A stretch of 64,000 nt of DNA from Macrostomum lignano (taxonomy: Eukaryota): contig NIVC01000019.1 of NCBI GenBank assembly GCA_002269645.1, positions 248,001 through 312,000 on the forward strand, in the 5' to 3' direction. Below, piece after piece: positions 58,599 to 64,000 of the stretch; position 1 is the stretch's first letter; every line of letters starts with the position of its first letter. A program made the translations under genes and the position numbers. The notes under the pieces are model-generated. The model saw nothing but the letters and a program-made list of their open reading frames with translations. It did no database searches and was not told where the DNA came from.

Positions 58599-59801
58599 AT
58601 GGGCTTCAAGATCGGCGTTTTAGAAATCGACACCGACTATTCCTCGTCGGAGACCTCGCTGGCATCGTCCAGCTCAGACGAGCAGAAGAAGATGAACAAG
58701 AAGGCGGCCAAGGGCAAGGACCACAAGTACCGCGCCGAGAAGGTGCCCACCTACGAGAGCATCATCGGGCCGCCAGCTTACAGAAAGAAGGGCGAGGAGC
58801 GCAAGAAGACCCGCTTCCTGCCGCCGCCGGCCGCCGCGGTCACCAAAGAGGCGAAAGCGACGCCGATTGATTTGCCCAAAGACGTCGGCAAAATGGACGA
58901 ACCGGAGGTGCGGGCGGCGCTGCTGAAGTTCGTCAACTCGCAGGCCTGCTGGCGCTCTGGCGCCGCCGAGGGGATGTCAATCAGCAACTTGAAGCTCACC
59001 AACGCGTTCATCTACCGATGCGAGATGTTCGTCGAGGTGCGAAAGGTGAAGTGGATCAGCCAGGGCTACAAGAAGGGCGACAAGCTGGACCCGCCGGCGG
59101 CCGGAGCTGCGCCCATGCCCTGGGACATGGAGATGCTGCCGAAGCAGCAGTGGAAGGAGGAAAAGCGCAAAGCCGAGGTGCCGCACACGGCCTCAGTGCG
59201 CAAGTGCTGGTACTGCAAGGGCAAGGGCCAGGTCCGCTGCCGCGACTGCAAGGGACAGGCGCACTTTCCCTGCTCCGGCTGCAATGGTGGAGGCTTAGTC
59301 GCTGGCCCCGAGGGCGAGGTGCCGTGCTGGTCCTGCGGCGGCAGCGGCCAGAGCGCGTGCGGCCGATGCCACGGCTCGGGAAAGTACAAGTGCAAGACCT
59401 GCTCCGGGCAGAAGAAGCTCAAATGGTGCGTGCGAAATCACACCAAGTGGGAGGCCCACCACGAGGACAAGATCCACGAGGAGACCGCCCTGCCCGACAA
59501 GCTGGTGTCAGAGGTTAAAGGTCAGGAGATGTACCGCGACGAGGGCGAGGTTTTGACTCCGCTGAACGAGTTTCCCGAGCAGTGCATCGTCCAGTTCTCC
59601 AAGGAGTTGCTGCCCGCCATGTCGGCGAAGTACAGCAAGGAGGGTCGCATCCTGGCCATGCGACACACGGTGCTCGCCACCCCTGTCACCGAGGTCGACT
59701 GGAAGTTCGAGGACCAGGGCGGCAAGTTCTTTGTCTATGGCCTGGATCGGAGGGTTTACTTTCCGGACTATCCGCAGCAATGCTGCTGCTCACTGCTTTG
59801 A
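58599..59801 (+). CDS. SSUH2: SSUH2-like protein with DnaJ-type CxxCxGxG zinc-finger repeats, intronless CDS
   Basis: ATG at 58599. EVRAALLKFVNSQACWRSGAA..FVEVR, VPHTASVRKCWYCKGKG/CRDCKGQ/CSGCNGGG/CWSCGGSG/CGRCHGSG/CKTCSGQ, ending FFVYGLDRRVYFPDYPQQCCCSLL*. Confidence 0.82.
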   Translation: MGFKIGVLEIDTDYSSSETSLASSSSDEQKKMNKKAAKGKDHKYRAEKVPTYESIIGPPAYRKKGEERKKTRFLPPPAAAVTKEAKATPIDLPKDVGKMDEPEVRAALLKFVNSQACWRSGAAEGMSISNLKLTNAFIYRCEMFVEVRKVKWISQGYKKGDKLDPPAAGAAPMPWDMEMLPKQQWKEEKRKAEVPHTASVRKCWYCKGKGQVRCRDCKGQAHFPCSGCNGGGLVAGPEGEVPCWSCGGSGQSACGRCHGSGKYKCKTCSGQKKLKWCVRNHTKWEAHHEDKIHEETALPDKLVSEVKGQEMYRDEGEVLTPLNEFPEQCIVQFSKELLPAMSAKYSKEGRILAMRHTVLATPVTEVDWKFEDQGGKFFVYGLDRRVYFPDYPQQCCCSLL

Positions 59802-60477
59802 GCTTCTAATGCAACTGATGATGGGTTCTGATTGAGTCGACTATTTTTTATTCCCAGATTGCCTGACACTGGTACCACATCCTTTGGTTACGGAACCCAA
59901 TTTCAGCGTAAAACTCGAACCGTTTTTTGCAGAGTTTAAATTTATTATATTTGCAAATCGTTTGCCGATGCTTCAAAACAACTGCGGATGAAATAAAACT
60001 GAAATCAATTTTGCAATTTTGGCCTTGCTGTTTCGCGAAGTTAGATCTCGACTTGATTCTTTTTAACGATTTACATGTACAGGCAGTTAATCAAACAGGC
60101 ATTATAACAAGCGAGTAACATCAGCTAGTGTGTCATAAATTAATGAATTTTTAGTTGACATTTCACTATTCATACTACTGAAGTGGCATCAACGGTGCAT
60201 GCAGCATATTATTTACTGTCACCATAGAAAACGGGGCCAAATGTTACAAGAAAGATCAATTAAGTTCAAACTTTTGACAGGTCGATTTCACCGACTGACA
60301 AACTTTTGAGGAAAATTGAATCTCAGTTTCAAACACGAATCGGTGAAGGCAGACTTGCAAAAGAGGTGCAGTTAACTTTTCAGTGTCTGGAGTAAAGTTT
60401 CCTTAAAATTCTTATGCTTTGAGCAGACAAGTTTTTTTCGTGTTGTCGGTGATTTTGCAGGCCATCATCGGCTGAGT

Positions 60478-63400
60478 TCAGTCCATCATTCTGAGCACGA
60501 TGGAGTCCCCGTTCATCAGAGTGAGAGTTCGCTGGCTCAGGGCCAAAGAGTCAATCAGATCGGGCACATTGGCATACGTCTGCAATGCGTTTGCAGTTGT
60601 GGTCGATGCGAAAGAGAATGAAACGTGTACCGATACGGGTACCGATACGGGTACCGATACGGGTACCGATACGGGTACCGATACGGGTACCGATACGGGT
60701 ACCGATACGGGTACCGATACGGGTACCGATACGGGTACCGATACGGGTACCGATACGGGTACCGATACGGGTACCGATACGGGTACCGATACGGGTACCG
60801 ATACGGGTACCGATACGGGTACCGATACGGGTACCGATACGGGTACCGATACGGGTACCGATACGGGTACCGATACGGGTACCGATACGGGTACCGATAC
60901 GGGTACCGATACGGGTACCGATACGGGTACCGATACGGGTACCGATACGGGTACCGATACGGGTACCGATACGGGTACCGATACGGGTACCGATACGGGT
61001 ACCGATACGGGTACCGATACGGGTACCGATACGGGTACCGATACGGGTACCGATACGGGTACCGATACGGGTACCGATACGGGTACCGATACGGGTACCG
61101 ATACGGGTACCGATACGGGTACCGATACGGGTACCGATACGGGTACCGATACGGGTACCGATACGGGTACCGATACGGGTACCGATACGGGTACCGATAC
61201 GGGTACCGATACGGGTACCGATACGGGTACCGATACGGGTACCGATACGGGTACCGATACGGGTACCGATACGGGTACCGATACGGGTACCGATACGGGT
61301 ACCGATACGGGTACCGATACGGGTACCGATACGGGTACCGATACGGGTACCGATACGGGTACCGATACAGAAGTCATAATCAAAATCATAAAATCATAAA
61401 CTTAAAGTGAAGACACTAGAGGACTGAAGGCGTTGCTGACTGACTCAGGCGCCAATGAACATGCATCGAACATGCGAAGTGAGTGACTTCACTAAGTTCA
61501 CTGCCTCTCGGTTCCTCGTGTGCAGAAGAAAATGCAAACAGAAATCGCGCTAAAAATCACTCAATTCTCACCTGGCCATCGTTAAGCAGCTGCTCCAACA
61601 CGAAGCGATTGGAAGTGCACACAATCTTCAGGTGAACAACTCGGCCCCTGTGAAACACGGACAGGCAGTAGGCTGAGGCCTTGCTGGGCCGCACCAGGAA
61701 CTGGCCCTCCTGTGCAAATGGGAAAAAGTGCAAGCAAGTCGATAAAGTCTTATCGATAGTAAACATGTTTGAAGAATTCTGAGACTAATTAGTTCAGAGT
61801 AATAAATTTGAAGCTCTTTTTGCCCGATGTAACAGTGCAATGTCTATAGTCAGGATGCTTTATACGTGTCGCCAGTAAGGCGCTTTTCGATAGTAACTAA
61901 CGCCCACAATTCTAGTGTTTTCTACTGGTTCTCCCTCTAGTGCTTACTGGCCTCTCTCTAGTCTCTCTCTGGCCCCTCTCTAGTCTCTCTCTGGCCTCTT
62001 TCTTGTCTCTCTCTAGTCTCTCTCTAGTCTCTCTCTAGTCTCTCTCTGGCCTCTCTAGTCTCTCTCTGGCCTCTCTCTAGTCTCTCTCTAGTCTCTCTCT
62101 GGCCTCTCTAGTCTCTCTCTGGCCTCTCTCTAGTCTGTCTCTCTCTGGCCTCTTTCTTGTCTCTCTCTGGCCTCTCTAGTCTCTCTCTGGCATCTCTCTA
62201 GTCTCTCTCTGGCCTCTTTCTTGTCTCTCTCTAGTCTCTCTCTAGTCTCTCTCTAGTCTCTCTCTGGCCTCTCTATTCTCTCTCTAGTCTCTCTCTAGTC
62301 TCTCTTAGGCCTCTTTCTTGTCTCTCTCTGGCCTCTCTAGTCTAGCCTATTCTAGTGTTTTCTACTGGTTCTCCCTCTAGTGCTTACTGGCCTCTCTCTA
62401 GTCTCTCTCTGGCCTCTCTCTAGTCTCTCTCTGGCCTCTTTCTTGTCTCTCTCTGGCCTCTCTAGTCTCTCTCTGGCCTCTCTAGTCTCTCTCTGGCCTC
62501 TCTAGTCTCTCTCTAGTCTCTCTCTGGCCTCTCTTTAGTCTCTCTCTAGTCTCTCTCTAGTCTCTCTCTAGTCTCTCTCTGGCCTCTCTTTAGTCTCTCT
62601 CTAGTCTCTCTCTAGTCTCTCTCTAGTCTCTGTAGTCCCTCTCTAGTCCTCTAGTCTCTCTTTAGTCTCTCTCTTTAGTCTATATCTATTCTCTCTCTAG
62701 TCTCTCTCTAGTCTCTTCTGTCCTAGTCACTCCTCAGTTTCTAGTCTCACTCTCTAGATTTCTTCCACGATGTCGTTAAGCAGTTTTATAAAACCATCGC
62801 TCACAATCCGAGTGTTCATCAGGTGGGCTTCGGCTTCATCGCGTCGCACGTCGACATAGTAGCGCTGTTGAACCAGTGGCCGGAGCCGCGGCGCCTCCGG
62901 CTGCTTTGCCGGCGACTGGCCGGTTCCAGCGCTGAAACTGCCGCCCAACTGCTCCGGCCGTCCCGGCAGAGTCGCGCTGGTGAAATCGGTGCCGCCTCCG
63001 CTGCAGCCGCCGAACGAAGAAGGACCAAACGAGGAGTTTCGCCGCGGCATGGGCGGCCTACCGCCGCCGTTGCTGATTTCGGGAGCTGTCGGTACCCGCG
63101 CTGGCGGCGACTGAAGATGCTGAGGGTACGGCAGGTGAGAATTGCCAATGCCGGGAGACGGCTGCGATCTGTGTGCTCCGATGCTGAAATTTATTGAGTA
63201 GTTAAGTTAATTGAGTCAGTAATCTCCAGTGTTGACACTGCAGTAGGGCTCGGATGGGACGGCGGAATTTGACTGCAGGCTACGGAGCAATGTCTTATCA
63301 TGCATGGCTTTTAGCTATTTTTTACCTGAAACAGTTACAGTCAGGATGTCTGTGCCGCTATTTAGGATCAATGTCGGATTCTCGACATCGGATTCCGTGC

Positions 63401-63868
63401 GATTGACAATTGGCACATCATATGGATAAGTAGCCTGAATTTTACTGGAGGGATAACCCTGATGCTGTGCCTATGCAACAATTTACTTTTCCATAAGCCG
63501 AGTTTCTGTTCACTATCCATCAACTGTACACTTGCCTTTGCGAGTAGGGCTTGGCATTGATAATCAATCGAAACACAACTCCGTTGACACCTTGGATGAC
63601 ATTCTTAGTCAGGTAGTCCATCAGCTGAGACATAGAGTCGAACAGCTAAAAATGGATGGTACAATTATTCCTATATAGACTCAAGATAGAATAGCCAAAT
63701 TACTCACAACACCGTGCTGAAGACACTCACCATTTCAATTTTAGCTTCACCCAAGAAAAACTGACCATTGCTGCTGCGCTGAATTTTCACGTGCTTCGTC
63801 TCGCCGCCGTGCAGGAACGAGATGCAGTAGGGACTGCCGCTTCCCGGCCGAACAATGTAGGCGCCTTC
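60478..63868 (-). CDS. 3' part of a tandem-SH2-domain protein (gene continues beyond the window)
   Basis: Exons 63868-63731, 63645-63536, 63183-62805, 61709-61572, 60579-60478. EGAYIVRPGSGSPYCISF..KHVKI..LFDSMSQLMDYL and YYVDVRRDEAEAHLMNTRI|EGQFLVRPSKASAYCLSV..VHLKI..|TYANVPDLIDSL. Confidence 0.8.
60627..61368. repeat. Perfect 12-bp minisatellite (~62 copies)
   Basis: (gtaccgatacgg)n with no visible variant unit. Confidence 0.97.
61915..62757. repeat. CT-rich compound repeat
   Basis: Alternating ctctctagtct and ctctggcctct units. Confidence 0.9.
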
Positions 63869-64000
63869 CTGCAATGTTTTTTTCACCGGGGGACTTGAAA
63901 GACTGAGCCCACAGACTGGGAGTACAGTTGTCCAACGGTTCCTAGCATCGATAAACATGTCCGGGATTTATCTGATTGCAGAAACCAACTGCAATCTGAC

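Noticed and set aside
60500-61410. TGTD, VPIR, YRYG and VPVS repeat proteins
   Set aside because: The 12-bp array is open in most frames and sits in an intron of the SH2 gene.

Overview
Eukaryotic genomic DNA: GC-rich exons, AT-rich spacers, GT-AG introns, and roughly 20 kb (~30%, hand estimate) of locus-specific mini- and microsatellites. This style suggests the flatworm Macrostomum (inference, not tested). Genes rebuilt by hand from splice sites and motifs, plus strand: the last exon of a lifeguard/TMBIM gene, a cytosolic-type thiolase, GOLGA7, a divergent MED25, USP40, an orphan ORF and an intronless SSUH2-like gene. Minus strand: an IAP-like BIR/UBA/RING gene, an Amt ammonium transporter and the 3' part of a tandem-SH2 gene. 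Mobile elements: a full-length Mag-like Ty3/Gypsy element (identical 158-bp LTRs, AATAT TSD, frameshifted integrase) inserted directly after the IAP-like stop codon, a truncated RNase H-bearing non-LTR element, two hAT-like MITEs and several tRNA-derived SINE copies. Most long ORFs in the track are tandem-repeat artefacts. The best leads are: (1) an unexplained spliced Cys-rich exon pair in MED25 intron 3; (2) two unrelated 32-bp arrays sharing an inverted 14-bp core around it and exon 4; (3) arrays built from splice signals; (4) the LTR/IAP read-through arrangement. No new system can be proven from sequence alone.
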